Shown here: piece by piece, positions 38,678 through 52,700 of the stretch
How positions within the stretch are numbered: the stretch's first letter is position 1
How the letters are laid out: each line of letters opens with the position of its first letter
Translations under genes and position numbers: made by a program
Source: the human T2T-CHM13v2.0 reference genome, Homo sapiens
Strand: one strand, 5' to 3'
Length of the DNA: 64,000 nucleotides
Assembly: GCF_009914755.1 (NCBI RefSeq)
Contig: NC_060937.1
Notes under the pieces: generated by a model
Told to the model about the DNA's origin: nothing
What the model saw: only the letters and a program-made list of their open reading frames with translations
Databases searched by the model: none

Positions 38678-39563
38678 AAATACCATGGGCAGGTATTAGT
38701 CATTTTATGGCGTATTTTCTCACTGAAGACAGAAACTGTGAGATACATGTATGTTGTTAGAGAAGCTTGCAGAAAACTGCTTTTCAGTATAATTCTTCTT
38801 ATCCCAGACACAATCCCTAAGACTTTGTTCTCAACTGGACTTGATTAAAGCTGTGCTTCTACAGTTTCTTTGTTTAGCTTGCACTAACCACACAGGCACA
38901 CTTAATGCTAACTGCTTTCAAGCAGTGTCTGCACAAAAACACTCTTCTATACACAGTCTCAATTGTGACCCTCTGAAAGAAGAAACTCAGCCTGAGAGAC
39001 CAAGGTTTGTTTTCATAAGACCAAAGTCAGTCAGTGATCACTTTTGAATTGCTGTGGTGTCTGCTTTAATTTAGAGTAAAGTTGTATATTTTTTAAGGCC
39101 CATATGTTTTGAGTATGTAAGTGCTAAACATTGTAAATGAGGTTTATAAAGTAGGATTGAAATACATGCCTAGTTAGAAAAAAAAAAATCACATGGCCAG
39201 AAAAGCAACAGAGATGAAAGAATTCTGGAAGCATCGAGATCACATTTTATTGAGAGAAATATCACTCCTCCAACACAACCTAAAAATCATTTCTGAAAGA
39301 TTTTTGTCAGGGCTGCTTAGGCTACAGAAAGAAAACCTGGAGTGGCTTAAGGATCATCTTCAAGTGTATGAAGGATTTCTATGGAATTGAAACTTACTAT
39401 ATTTTCCCTTTCCATGGTGAACTGAATGCAATAAAATAGCATTGAATTAAGTCAGAGGCAATTTAGGTTGGAGGTAATGGAGATCTTCCTGGCTTTCAGA
39501 ATTGTAACAGAGCAGGATTCCTCCAAGGGAAGGCCGGGACCTCTTTGTTCCTCATGGTCAGTA

Positions 39564-39663
39564 AAGAAGAAAAGAGGAGGAGGATGGGGAGGGAGAGAGG
39601 GAAGAGAAGCAGGAGAGGGAGGGAAGAGGAGGAGGAGGAGAAGGGAAGGAAGAAAGAAAAAGA
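39564..39663. repeat. GA-rich polypurine tract
   Basis: AAGAAGAAAAGAGGAGGAGG...GGAAGGAAGAAAGAAAAAG. Confidence 0.85.
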
Positions 39664-40945
39664 CTGCTTTTCTCAGTTCCCTGAGCTGAAATGGTTGTAA
39701 CTGCTCTACAAGTACTAGGCGCTAGTTCTATTCCATTGATCATCATTCCTACACATTGTCTCTGATTGTCTTTAACGAGGGAGAACCAGCTTTAGCCTGG
39801 ACCACAAGATTTCTAAACTACTGCCAAGAAGAGGCTGAAAACAAATTGAAGGAGCTTGGAGCAATATATCCAGGGCTGCTAATGTCACATGTGATGTAAC
39901 TTAATCCTAAATCACTCAGAATCCAGGAAGTGTGGTGAAGCAGTCAGACAACTGTTTAACTTTGGGACCACAATGCTGGATCATGTCCTCCTGTGGAGTG
40001 CAAGTAATACCAGGACAGGAAATGAGACTGTGGGGGAAGGAAACACAGCCCTCCTTTTTTCTGGGACCAGAGTCTGCATTGTGATATGAAGGCATGGAAG
40101 TAATAGGCTACTTCTGGTGTTAAGATCTGAGGAAACAGCTTCACCAAAGAAAGGAGTGGCCCAGGAAACCCTGTCCAAGCCTGTTATAAGCTTTCCTTTC
40201 TGTTGTAATGCACACTCCAATGGAAGTTAAACCTGGGCATATGGACAAACATGAATTGGGCTACAAATATCTTGACATGACTCGAGAAAGAGACTAAAGA
40301 AAGAAAAGTAGTAAACACTCAAGAACAAAGAGGGTAGGAGCGGACATAGTGATGGGTACTAGCAATCCATATTTGAAACTGAAAAGCAGATAGGGGAATG
40401 GTAAGCAACCTACGAGAGTGGAGAAAGTGGAAAACTAGCATCTGAATACAAAAAGTACCATAAAAGAAACAAGCTGATTCACCTCCCAGAACCCAGGAAA
40501 GGCTAAGGGCTGCAGCCAGAAATTGTGATGCCAAGGAGAGTAAGAAATGAGAGACCGAAGACAGCTAAAACATATGAGGCTGACACTTTAGACATAGAGC
40601 TATCAGAGGAACTAGTCCCTCTTTCACCCTGTTGAACCATGGTGACTACTCCTTCTATACCCCTGCAAGAAGTGAGAGGTTTATACCCTGCAGAAATCAT
40701 ACCAGAACGGTCTTGGCTCAGAAACAGGCACAGAGGGTAAGTGGTGAGGTGCAGCACTCATGCCTAAGAGTGAGACCTCTTCACCCATCCTGACTGGCTA
40801 TGCTCCGCCCATCAAGGCAGAAGATTGAAGAATCTTCTCTAAAGAAAAAGAAAATGATAGATTTGGGGATACCTCAATATTATAGCTGGTCTAGCAGACA
40901 CAATGCTTTACTGCCTTACTTTGGAGGCAGTCAGAAATCATTCTA

Positions 40946-41583
<638 letters not shown>

Positions 41584-43054
41584 AGAAATCATTCTAACTC
41601 CAAAAAGAAGACCAAAACTCAGAAAAAGACACCACCATTCATACACAGTAACTCAAAATAAGAGAGAAAATGCACGGGGCAGAAAAACTTAAAAACTAAA
41701 ATTATTATCCTTAGAAAAATAATGAAAAATATTGAATTCATGAAATAAAACCATGGTACCATTTACAAAAATAGTTAAACAGTATGGGAAAAATAAATAT
41801 AATAGATGAAAGTTTAAAAATTTTTCAAAAGTGAGAAGATAAAGAACCTACAATATAGGATAAAAAGATAAAGAGATCAACAATAGGAGGGAACAGACTA
41901 ATTTATCCTGAATGTTGTCTGAATTTGCTACCACATACTGGTAACATTTTCAGTACCCCACTTTTGTATATCCTTGGACTTTCAGAATCCTAGATCATGT
42001 CAAAGAAAACAGATAGACTGGCAGTATCTTGAGACCATTGAGTCACATGTGAAACAGGCTGTTCAAAAAGCCACCTTTTGATTTAACATGGGTCTCAAGC
42101 ATTACACTGCCCTCTCCAATAGGAAGCCCCCTCTAATCAAAATGCAGTCATCACTAGATTGCATTTTCTGGAGAATTGGGCTACATCAGCTTATCGCTGA
42201 AACCACTGGTCTTTGCCATCCATCCCATCCTAATGAACTCTTGGAACCTTAGGATTTTCATTGGCCTCCCTTAGAGAGTCGGATACAGAGACATTCTAGC
42301 ACTTAGGCATCTCCATGACCATGTTAGAAGCAGAATTATATAGATACTATATTTCAACCAGGAAAGGGTGAAAAATACTCCAAGACAAGGAAAGTAGAAG
42401 TTACTTACTAGTGGTTCTGTTTCAGAGGTAAGGAAAATGTAGGTGGTACGCTGTAACACTTCTTATTTATTAACCAGTTGGTCATTTCCTATTTCTAAGT
42501 GTCAAGCCCAGAAGAATAATGCATCCCTAACACAGTTCAGATCTCCTCTCTGAGGAACAGGCATATTCGTATAGCTCCCACTCAGCATCTTTCTGAAGAC
42601 AGCTAGACATACACACTTTCATGGTTTATTCCTTTGACTTCTATGCTATATTAACCATTCTGCTTTTAAATTATTTATTATTACTAAAGATTAAATACAT
42701 TCAAGCTGGTCTTAATTAAGGAAATATAATTCATAGGAGGTAACTTTATTTCCCTCACTTCTAAATTGTTGGAGAAGCCACCTACATATATAAGTGTAGT
42801 CCTATTTAGCATAATATTATGCTAAGTTGTTCTCTGGTTTAAAGTACTATGATATCTTTAGAGGTTTCATTAAATATATCTTTTCATCACTCTTAAAAGA
42901 TTCCAAAATAAAAAATAGCATGATACAATGCCTTTTAAATAAAAGAATGTATAAGGTTTTAATACTTATGGAATTTTTACTAATGAGAAGGGGAAAGACA
43001 TCCAGGAATGTTTGTATGTCAGAAAGGTAGTGAAAGTATTTTCTTTTCTATTTC

Positions 43055-43134
43055 TTTTTTTTTTTTTTAAGTTTCTTTTTTTTTTATTATACTTTAAGTT
43101 TTAGGGTACATGTGCACATTGTGCAGGTTAGTTA
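43055..43134 (-). mobile_element. Ultra-short young L1 (L1PA2-like) 3' terminus
   Basis: 49-bp body ATTATACTTTAAGTTTTAGGGTACATGTGCACATTGTGCAGGTTAGTTA, preceded by T14-AAGTTTC-T10. Confidence 0.9.
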
Positions 43135-43959
43135 TTAAATTGTAAAATTGAGGCTGTATTGACTTTTCCATGGCATGAAACTTGCAAAAGCTAGGGCTTT
43201 ATTTTAATCAATTGATCATAGCCCCCACAGTTAAATAAAATATTTAAAATATCAAGAATCATAATATAAATAAAATGGACAGTTTTGCAATCCCAACATA
43301 CATTTCTTAAAAAATACAAACCTAATCTTTTGCTAAGTGGACTTTTCCATATACTTTCTTTTGAGAAAAACTTGAAAATTTTTCATAACTTGTTTTTTTC
43401 CCTAGTTCATTTCTGTGCCTTATTTCAGCAATTCCTCTGAAAATCAGAAACTTGGCATTGTTCTTTGTGTTTCTGAAAAGAATCCTCCCTCCCACAATTG
43501 TTCTTTGGTGAGAAATGCTGATTATGATTTCGCTAAAGAAGTTTTATTAAATGTATCTTTTCATAGCTTTTAAAAGATTCCAAATAAAAATAACATGATT
43601 TGATACAGTAATTTTAAAATAAGGGCATTTAGAAAGTTTTACTCCCAGGAAAGAGGAAGGCCATTTTTTAAAGATTGTTAAGCACTTGCCAGCCATGTTA
43701 TCATTTTCCACTTGGAGAACATCAACCACGGTAAGGCCAGATCTTCCCCGAACCTTTCTGTCTGCAAACCATTAATCTGCCTGGCCTCTTATTTATTTAG
43801 TTCACTTTGCAGACTGGAATAATTCCCTCTGCTTAAAGAGCAGTACAAATTTTTTCATCCGCCAAAAGCCTAGGACTGTCTTCTTTAAGACTCCGCCCAG
43901 TTTTATGAGACTTTAACCATTGCAAGTGCCAGAATTTAAAGCCCATCAGCCAAACTATA

Positions 43960-44420
43960 ACTTATACCTTTGTCTCAAAAGGATTGTTTTGATCTTCTGA
44001 CTGGAAATTTTAATACTTTGAGATATATGTGGTTACATGCATATATATTGTCATACTCAAACTAAACTAGAAATAACCTAATGTCCAAAGATAGAGAACT
44101 GCTTATAGCAATTGTGTTACATTCATATGTAATGAGGCATTCTCAGCCATTTGCATAATGCTAAAAATGAGTATTAAATGAAAGCGAAAGACGTATAGAA
44201 TATGGAGTTAAATTTAAATATATGCAAGTATGAAAGCTGTGTGTGAACGTGAAAAGAGGTGAATACGGTGAATGTGGTGGATATGAATGTGCATGCATAG
44301 TGTGTATATCAGGAAAAAAAACACAAGGGATTCAACATTAAATTTAAAAAGTTAAAAGTGGTGAAGATAAATTTTCTGCTATTCTTCCTATATGATATGT
44401 TTTCTAATGTTTTACAGTGA
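43960..44420 (+). mobile_element. L1ME-like 3' UTR relic
   Basis: AAACTAGAAATAACCTAATGTCC...TACATTCATATG...TTCTCAGCCATTT. Boundaries are approximate. Confidence 0.55.
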
Positions 44421-45589
44421 GTGAGTGTATATGGCATTGTAATAAAATTTTTAAAAGTAATTTATAACCAACAGGTTCTGTATGTTTTCATTAGAGGTTT
44501 GCTGTTTGTTTATTTTGTCTTAGGATAAAAATGGAGTACTTTCTGTCTGGAGAGTTTGATGAAGACTTGTCTAAAATCAGAAGAAGTAGGGGGCAAACTA
44601 TTGCAGATCCTGAAGGAAAAGCCTCAATCCACATAGATTTACTCCTTGCTCTGAATTTCCAAGCTGAGAAGAGTTCAACCACACCGACTAGAAAGCATTC
44701 AGTCTGGTGTTCATTCCATCCTCTGTTACAACTGCCATCTCACTTTCAGTTAGGGGAAACTGCTAACTCAGATTAACATTCAAACAGAAAAACAGGATAA
44801 TAGAACTTAAAAGAGAGAGAAAAAGAAAGAGAGAGAGAGAGCTCTACTGCTGTAAATTGGCTCTCTATCCTCCAGTCTTCTGGAGGCACAGTCTTCTCCC
44901 TAACAAATGACACCAAGTTGTTCCTCCCTTATACTAGCCCCCTTATCTCCCAGACGTCAATGAATGTTTATGATGCACATGCCATGGTGTGTGGGTTCAA
45001 GTGCAACCCTTCCACTCCTGCACCAGAGTCCAAGTTCAAAATATCAAGGTCTCCGAGTACCACACTCTGCTCACATTACTCTGCTCACATTAGAATCACC
45101 TCAGTGCCAAACCCAGTGCTTGATAGCACACCTACTTGTATCACCACACTCAGATCTTTATAACCTCCTTTGAGCATGTCAGATGTCTTACTTTTCCCAA
45201 AGATGTTATTTGTTTTTTATAGATGTTCAGCAATTCTGTTAAAGACAGGACAGATAGACATGAATAAATATGTGTAAGCTGGTATAAGCATTCCTCCTCC
45301 TAAGCTAAAAATGGGGACTCTTATTTATATGTATTTGAGGGTTGGAAGTTGCACAGTGAATGATATTATTTTCTCCGGCACATGTTAGGACTAACTGAAA
45401 AAAGCCAGGAGAGTGGAGGTAAAGACATTTTGGAGGATGTGGGTAGCCACAAAAGACATCTTCATAAATCACTCCAAAGCTAGGTAGACTTACTAAAGGC
45501 CCAGCAGAGCAGCCACATCACAGGAAAATCCAAGAGGTTTAATAAACCAGTTTTACTAGCAGAGAACTTTATGCTGAAGTCCTCTAAAT

Positions 45590-45705
45590 CAATGATTCTC
45601 AAACTTCACTTTGCTTAAGAACACCTGGAGAGCTTATTCAAAAATCAAATTATCAGGTTTCTACAGATAAGTGGCCTGGGTAGAACCAGTTATTTGCACA
45701 TTTTC
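45590..45705. mobile_element. MER5A-like hAT-Charlie fragment
   Basis: CAATGATTCTCAAACTT...AGAACACCTGGAGAGCTT...TTTGCACATTTT. Confidence 0.6.
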
Positions 45706-47072
45706 AGATTTGGCTCTATGTTTTATCAGGGAACAGAATTGTTACAATAAGGTACCAAACACTGCAGCTGAACAAATGGCCTTCTCTTTCTTTATTTGGG
45801 AAGGTTGCCTTTTCAAAGAGCAAAGCATGTGCAAAATTCAAATATGCAATTTGTAAAAATCAGCTAGTCATTACTAGCTGTTGGAGATGAATATGGCTAG
45901 CCAGTCGAGTTCATACTGCCTCTCAAAGGGCTTTATTATAACAAGTGGCAGAACACACTACTTGGCTGGAAAAGGACAGCATCTGCATCGGGACATCCTG
46001 GGAGCACAGATGTGTGCTTTGGCTTGCGAAACACTGACTATACATCAGATGTTTTTCTATTATGTGGCCATCGTGAGAATGCTATAAGCCAGCCATACAG
46101 CTGACTGGGTGTTTAGCTTTAGGAAATTGATTCTTCAACCTGAAAAGTTAACCATCTTATTTAAGAAACATGAGTGATGCTAGAGTAAAATCTTAATTTC
46201 CTCAAGCTTTCCAAATGAAAAAGGTAATTATTTTAAGACCACTTCTTCCATTCCCCCATATACATGCAAATGTTTTGGAAAAGAACCTAATGCTGGCAGG
46301 GACTAAGCTAAGGGTCACTGATAAATGGCAGTGAAGAGTTCTCCCACCCTCAGCTCCCAGGGGACACATTTGGTGCCGGTGGAGGATGCAATTTTAATGT
46401 TATTGCATTACTTCCAGATCCTTTTCCTCGCCTACCAGCTAATGAGAAAAAGTTACTGGAATATGAAAATTTATTGTCAAAGTAAAAACTTGCCTTTGTT
46501 AAAAGCAAAATGTTGTAAATGAAAGATGAAGTCTTGTCATTTTTTGCAGGCAAAAGGAGGAAACTGTGTCAAATTCCTACTTTGTACCAGACATGGCTAC
46601 AGATCCACTGAGAAGAGTGAGGAGTTAAATATTCCAGGTATTCATTGAGAAAATGTATTACTCTCATTGTAACAATGGAGCAATTTGCTGATTATTTTTT
46701 CCTATAGACATTAGTCATGCCATAGTGACTAACCTTTAAATTTTCTGGCAAATGTTTCTCTTTATAATTGTTCCTATTAAAGATCAAATGCTGGCTAATT
46801 TCAATAGCAGGAAAGAGCAATTAGAAAATTAAGGAGCCTTTCTCTTCATACTTCCATTTCAGAAGCTCTGTGTTAGCTTAAGTAATGTTTTATGCATTGA
46901 ACAGAGCTATTAGCAAATGGCTTTATTTTACGAAAGACAAGAGTATGTCTAAGGTGCCAACACATTTGTGAAATCGAATTCCAAGTTGCATTAATTAATG
47001 TCTATTAATAAGGTATAAATTCTCAGTTAAATACTTATTTGGTGGTGCAAAAATAATTATTAATTTAGTCCT

Positions 47073-47450
47073 TGTCAAGGGTCTTTTGGTTATGAGTAGA
47101 AGAAATCCACTACAACTAGCAGAGGCAAAATGGGGGGAGTTTACTGGACAATGACAGGCTGATCTTCCATACTATTCCCTGTGTTGGCTGGTTTTCTCTG
47201 CTGCTATGTGTGTTTGGGTGCATGATACCACCCCTTCCTGCAACATACCCTCTGAGTTCTAACATCAACCTCAGGTTGTAACATTTGTGAGTCATAAATC
47301 CGTTTTAACAGGAATGACAAGCATATGAGTATACCTTGGGTCAACTGTCTACCTCATAGTCCAATCAGGACTTGATTTAAAAATGCTACAGTTTCTCTGG
47401 AAAGAGAACTGGACACAGTAGTAGACACTTGAGCAGTCGCCAAAGCTGTC
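47073..47450 (-). mobile_element. Possible old MaLR LTR (MLT1L/M/N-like)
   Basis: TGTCAAGGGTCTTTTGGTTATGAGTAGAAGAAATCCACT...CTTGGGTCA...GTCCAATCAG. Confidence 0.45.
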
Positions 47451-47752
47451 ACTAACTGGTACTTCAGACCATGTGCCACTCAGCCTCACTGCTTTACCAT
47501 AATCTCACCTGCAGAGTCCACAGGTGAGGATAGGTCATTTCTAACTTCCCTTAAATGACATTAATCATTTAAGAGAACATCTTCCAGGCCAATGATAAAG
47601 AACATTACATCTGCGTGTTATGAGATTTCAAAGAAGGCAGATTCCATTGTTAACTTAAAAAGAAAAAAAAAAACCTGAGAAGACCAAAGGATAATCAACA
47701 TAATGAATCATTTCATTATAACAAAATATTTAATTATATTTCTATTGAAGAA

Positions 47753-47980
47753 AATAATATTAGTTAGCATCTGTTGTGCCCTATTAATAGCCAGGCATTG
47801 TACTAGGCATTAAAATCCATTAGCTAATTTAATTCTCACATGTATATAAGTTTGATATTATTACCCTTATTTGGAGATAAACTTACAATTGAGTTAAATA
47901 ATGAACTAAAAGTCAAGTGCTCTGAACAAGCACATTTGAGAATCAACTCTGACTATGAAACTTTTGCCACAAGATGCTAG
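47753..47980 (-). mobile_element. MIR SINE
   Basis: AATAATATTAG...GCCAGGCATTGTACTAGGCATT...TTTAATTCTCAC...TATTATTACCCTTATTT. Confidence 0.65.
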
Positions 47981-48350
47981 CCTTCTGGGCATTCATCTGA
48001 CATGAGTATGCTTCTATCCAGTGCTTATGTGGGATCCTGGGTAAGGAAGATGCAAATTTGATGCCAAATGGATAATCATATTCTACCCCAGTTATCCTGA
48101 CGAACTACCACTCACTCATGGATCTGACTCTATCATCCATTACTACCCTCCCAGGGCATACACAGAGGGAGAAAGCAAAAAGTAAATGCAGGGATAAACT
48201 AAGATGCTTTGGGTTTGTGAGACACAAGTGAACAGATGACAGCCTTCAAAACAGTCATCCAAAATGTTATAGGGAATCATTTCACTTCTTGTTTACCTAT
48301 AATTTTATTCTACTTTTTCATAAAATTATAGATACCAGTATATTACATGC

Positions 48351-48712
48351 TGATATGGTTTGGCTGTGCCCCTACCCAACTTTTATCTTGAATTGTAGCT
48401 CCCATAATTCCCACACGTTGTGGGAGGGACCCGGTAGGAGGTAACTGAATCATGGGGGTGGGTCTGTCCCATGCTGTTCTCCTGATAGTGAATAACTCTC
48501 ACCAGATGTGGTGGTTTCATAAAGGGAAGTTCCTGTGCACAAGCTCTTGCCTGCCACCATGTAAGATGTAACTTTGCTCTTCCTTCATCTTCTGCCATGA
48601 TTTTGAGGCCTCCCCAGCCATGTGGAACTGTGAGTCCATTAAACCTTTTTCCCTTATAAGTTACCCAGTCTCAGGTATGCCTTTACTAGCAGTGTGAAAA
48701 TGGACTAATATT
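48351..48712 (+). mobile_element. THE1B-like solo LTR
   Basis: TGATATGGTTTGGCTGTG...TTGAATTGTAGCTCCCATAATTCCCAC...GGACTAATA. Perfect TSD CATGC at 48346-48350 and 48713-48717. Confidence 0.93.
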
Positions 48713-48766
48713 CATGCCTACATACTAAAGAGCCATTTAATTTAGACTGATCCCAGGATAGCCTGT

Positions 48767-49159
48767 TGATATGGTTTGGATGTTTGTCCTCTCCACATGG
48801 CACGTTGAAATGTTGGAGGTGGGGCCTAGCGGGAGGTGTTTGGGTCCTGGGGGTGGAACCCTTATGAATAGCTTGGTGATAAGTAAGTTCTCCCTCTATT
48901 CACTCACATGAGAGCTGGTTGTTTTAAAGAGCCTTGCAACTCCTCTTCTCTCTCTTGCACCTTCTTACTCCATGTGACATGCCTGCACCTCCTTCACCTT
49001 AGGCCATGAGTAGAAGCTTCCTGAGGTCTCATCAGAAGCCGAGTAGATGTTGGTGCCATGCTTGTATAGCCAGTGAAACCGTGAGACAAATAAATCTCTT
49101 TTCTGCAAAAATTACCCAGCCTCAGATATTTTTATAGCAATGCAAAATGGACTAACACA
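48767..49159 (+). mobile_element. MSTB-like solo LTR
   Basis: TGATATGGTTTGGATGTTTGTCC...GCCATGAGTAGAAGCTTCCTGAGG...GGACTAACACA. TSD CCTGT/CCTAT. Confidence 0.9.
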
Positions 49160-49589
49160 CCTATCTAGCAAGTCAAAGGAAAAGCAGCACAGAATCTTGA
49201 TAGTCCTCTGAATAGATAACCTAGATGACTAGTCCTTGAATTAATGAGAAATGGCAATGCTTATTGGGTTTATTTTTGAATCATCATTAATGGGGGAAGG
49301 AAAAACTTAATTCAATATCCCAAGCATTCATAGAACACTAACTACTAATATATAATGCACATTATATGCATCTATCAAATACTGCCTTAGATAGTATCAT
49401 TGATAAAAAGGAATTTATCCAGTTTATAATATAAGACTGAGAACATAAATAGGCATAAGGCCACAGAGAAGCAAACATTAAGACTAAAAAAGGACAAGAA
49501 ATAGACTGAAGGAATATAATAATCCAAAATCGATCATCATCTTCATATGTTTCATTTTGTTTGCTGCTATGAAGATCTTTGTCATTGTC

Positions 49590-49700
49590 ATTATTCATTC
49601 AATAAATATCTATTAATATGTACCAGAAAATGTTCTAGGTCTGGGAATCCAGGGGTAAAAACAATTAGAAGTGGCTGCTTTCTTCATAGAACTAATATGT
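49590..49700 (-). mobile_element. L2 3' end relic
   Basis: TTATTCATTCAATAAATATCTATTAA...TGTTCTAGGTCTGGGAATCCAG. Confidence 0.5.
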
Positions 49701-52700
49701 CATTTTCTTTATTTGTTATCAAATCCATGGAGATGCCTGATTGATTTAAAATACACATTATGTGCAGCTGATCTTCATAGATGTGTCTCTCTTGCCTTTG
49801 TTTGGTGTCTGTTGTACTTCCTGTGCCTCATTATTTATCAAGAAACCATTAAAACTGCACAGTGGAAAATAAAAGATAAAAAGGAGGAAGAGTTCAATGA
49901 AAAAAGAAAAAGCCAAGTGTTCCCATCCATTCTCTGTCTGTCTCCCTCTGGATTTATAAATGTTTATTTTGCACTTTCTGTGTCAGGCTTAAGATCACTC
50001 TGAGTTACCACAGGAGTTACGTCCAGATGCAGGAAATGGTGCTGTCAGCCTGAAGTCAGTGGTGCTTCCCTTAGCTGTGAAGTATTATAGGAATATGTGT
50101 GCTTTCCATCCCATCTAGGACTAGTCTTCACAGTAAGCTGTCATTTTTCCAACAGAATTTCAAGCTATTCTTCTTGAATGCAATAATAACTAAAGACTAC
50201 AAACCACACACAGGGAAGTATAGATACCTATTATCTGTTAGTCCATCACTACACACCTAGTGCCTGATAGGGTGCATTGTAAACAGAAAGTACTCAAAGG
50301 AAATAATAAAAATGGATCCGGAGTTTATCTATATACAACCACTGAAGGATCACTTACTGACCTCCCACTATGAGGTTAGTTCTATCAACTTCTCCAATTT
50401 CAATTCCTTTTTCCATCCCATTTCTGTCCTTTTGCCTGTTTCCCAAGTCTGTTTTATGTTCCAAGACTCATAATGTACAAGTTAAGCTACTAGCTGAATT
50501 CTTGTCCCTTTACTGTTTCCATCTGGTTCCCATCCTTTATTTTGATTTTTGTATTGTTGTTTGCCATTTTGTTTTTGTTTTTTGCTCTCCGTAAAGTCTC
50601 TGTATTCTGCTAGGATTCCTTTAATTTATTACTCTCTTTTTTTTTTAAGTGATATCTCCTTTCAACCCATCAGCAATTACGTGTTTAAAGTTAAACCTAT
50701 ACCCATATGCAATATACACAGTATGTTATCTCATATGTACGATCTACCTGGGATCCACAATCTGCTGTCTTCCAGACATACACCAGGTAGCATCTCTGCA
50801 CAATAGTCCTGTAGTTAGAAACGAGCATTAAAGGGTATTTCTTCCCAGAGGAGCAAAAACATCTAATGAATGCTGGATGGCAATAATAAATAGGCTTAAA
50901 TGGGAAAATAGGTCAACTCAGGAATACTTTGCCTCGAATAACAATAGAAATAACTAAAATGGTTTTTCTTCTACAAATTGCATTGTGTGGTTTTCCCCTT
51001 TACTCTCTTAGTAGTAAAGATTATTTTCTCCTGAATGCAATCATTTGTAAATACCAAGAAACCTAAAAATACATTTGTTTGTAACAGGAATTTCTTAAAA
51101 TACTCGAAATTAGATTTTAAGAGTTGTCCATTGGCTTTATTTCCAAGACCAAATTTCTGAGTCAAATTCTTTAACTTATTTTATACGTAAAGATTTCAGT
51201 ATGTACTCCAAATAATTGAAATTTTATGTTTTAAACAGTATAACACCTGAATAAAATGAATTCTTTAACATTATGGAATATGCTGTCATTGTTTACATTT
51301 TGTAAAGTATAAGTGCTGTGCAACTTTGTTTACAGTTTATTTTATCAGAATCTAAATAAGGTCTATATATTAAAATTGGCTGATTCATCTCTTAAATCTC
51401 TTTTAATCTAGAGGCTCTTCCCTGACCCCATTCTAACATTTTTACAGAGAAAAAATGGATCATTCATTTCATAACATTTTCCCCACTGTTTGGAGTTTGC
51501 TAATTGCATACTATGGAAAAATATTACACTTTAAGTTTTAATTATTTTTTAGAAAATAATTTCTTGAGTCAGATATCTATATGCAATCTCTTTAAAATTA
51601 TAATCCCCAAATCTATGTTCTGTACAGCCATCTTAATGTAACATTTCTAAAAACTTATTTAGTAAACCATTTCATTATTGGATTAAATATATTCATGTGG
51701 CAAAACATTTAGCATTTCCATTAGAATCCTTTGTTCTCTTTTGAACATGTAAAGAAGGAAACACTATTTGTGTGCCACAGTCTTATTCCACACCTCAAAC
51801 TTTCTTGCTACTCTGCCTTTGCATATTGACATAGCATTTGAAAGACAAAATGTGGGTCATAAGTTAAAATACAAGTTGAAATGCGATAAGGTCTTTTTCA
51901 CTTACAAAATACTGCTTTGTCCCAGACCACCTCCTTTACCCACTTGTCCTAAAAATATAAGTCTCGTCTTTACTATTTTCCACTGAGTATATCCTAACCA
52001 AATCCTTGTGGCTCCCCATCTGCAAGTACTCATGACTTTAACTAGAGTTGAGTCTGTGTCTTTAAAGGCAAAATTTAATTATATATTTATGGAGTATTTT
52101 TATCCAGACCTCAAAATTATTTCTCTGGTGCACCAAATGTTTTTAAGGAAAATGCAATTAAAGTCTACCAAAACTTGGCTTTTGTATGTGCATAAGTTAA
52201 CTGTGGTAGGCACCAGAGACACTAAAATTCTTTATTCAGCAAGGGACCAATCTGTATAGATAAAACACCTTCTAGGCATGAAACCTGATTTCAATTGTTG
52301 GTTGAATCCACCCACTTTCCTTTGGCAACACATTACCTGGTACTTTTGGACTCTAGATTTTATAAACTTATGGCTAGTTAAAGATGAATTAACTCACATT
52401 ATGTACTTTATTTAAGTTAAAGATAGAATGTTGTTCTAATGTCAACTTTAATGTCTAAATAAGGTCAGCAAACTCGTGGCAGGATTTTCTTTATAATTTG
52501 TCTCTGCTTCATCCAATGCATCTCCTCCATGCTGTAAGCCACGGTAGATGCCCCATGTCTGTAACATCTTATAATAAATATACCTTTTATTTGCATCAGA
52601 ATTCACACACTAATTGCAGAAAAGTTTCAGGTTCATTGCAATTGCTCTGGCCCGAAGGAGTCATCTTTGATGGTTTTCGGTTGTGTTTGCTGCTTCAGTT

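Noticed and set aside
44531-44776. 81-aa ORF with a good Kozak context after a possible acceptor (TTTTGTCTTAG)
   Set aside because: No recognisable homology, no convincing downstream donor or upstream promoter, and the length is within chance expectation.
45064-45091. Short tandem duplications (ACTCTGCTCACATT x2; also near 12566-12600, 15938-15975 and 58586-58622)
   Set aside because: Ordinary slippage duplications with no shared motif or periodicity linking them.
48351-49159. Apparent two-LTR provirus
   Set aside because: The LTRs belong to different families, each has its own TSD, and there is no internal sequence.
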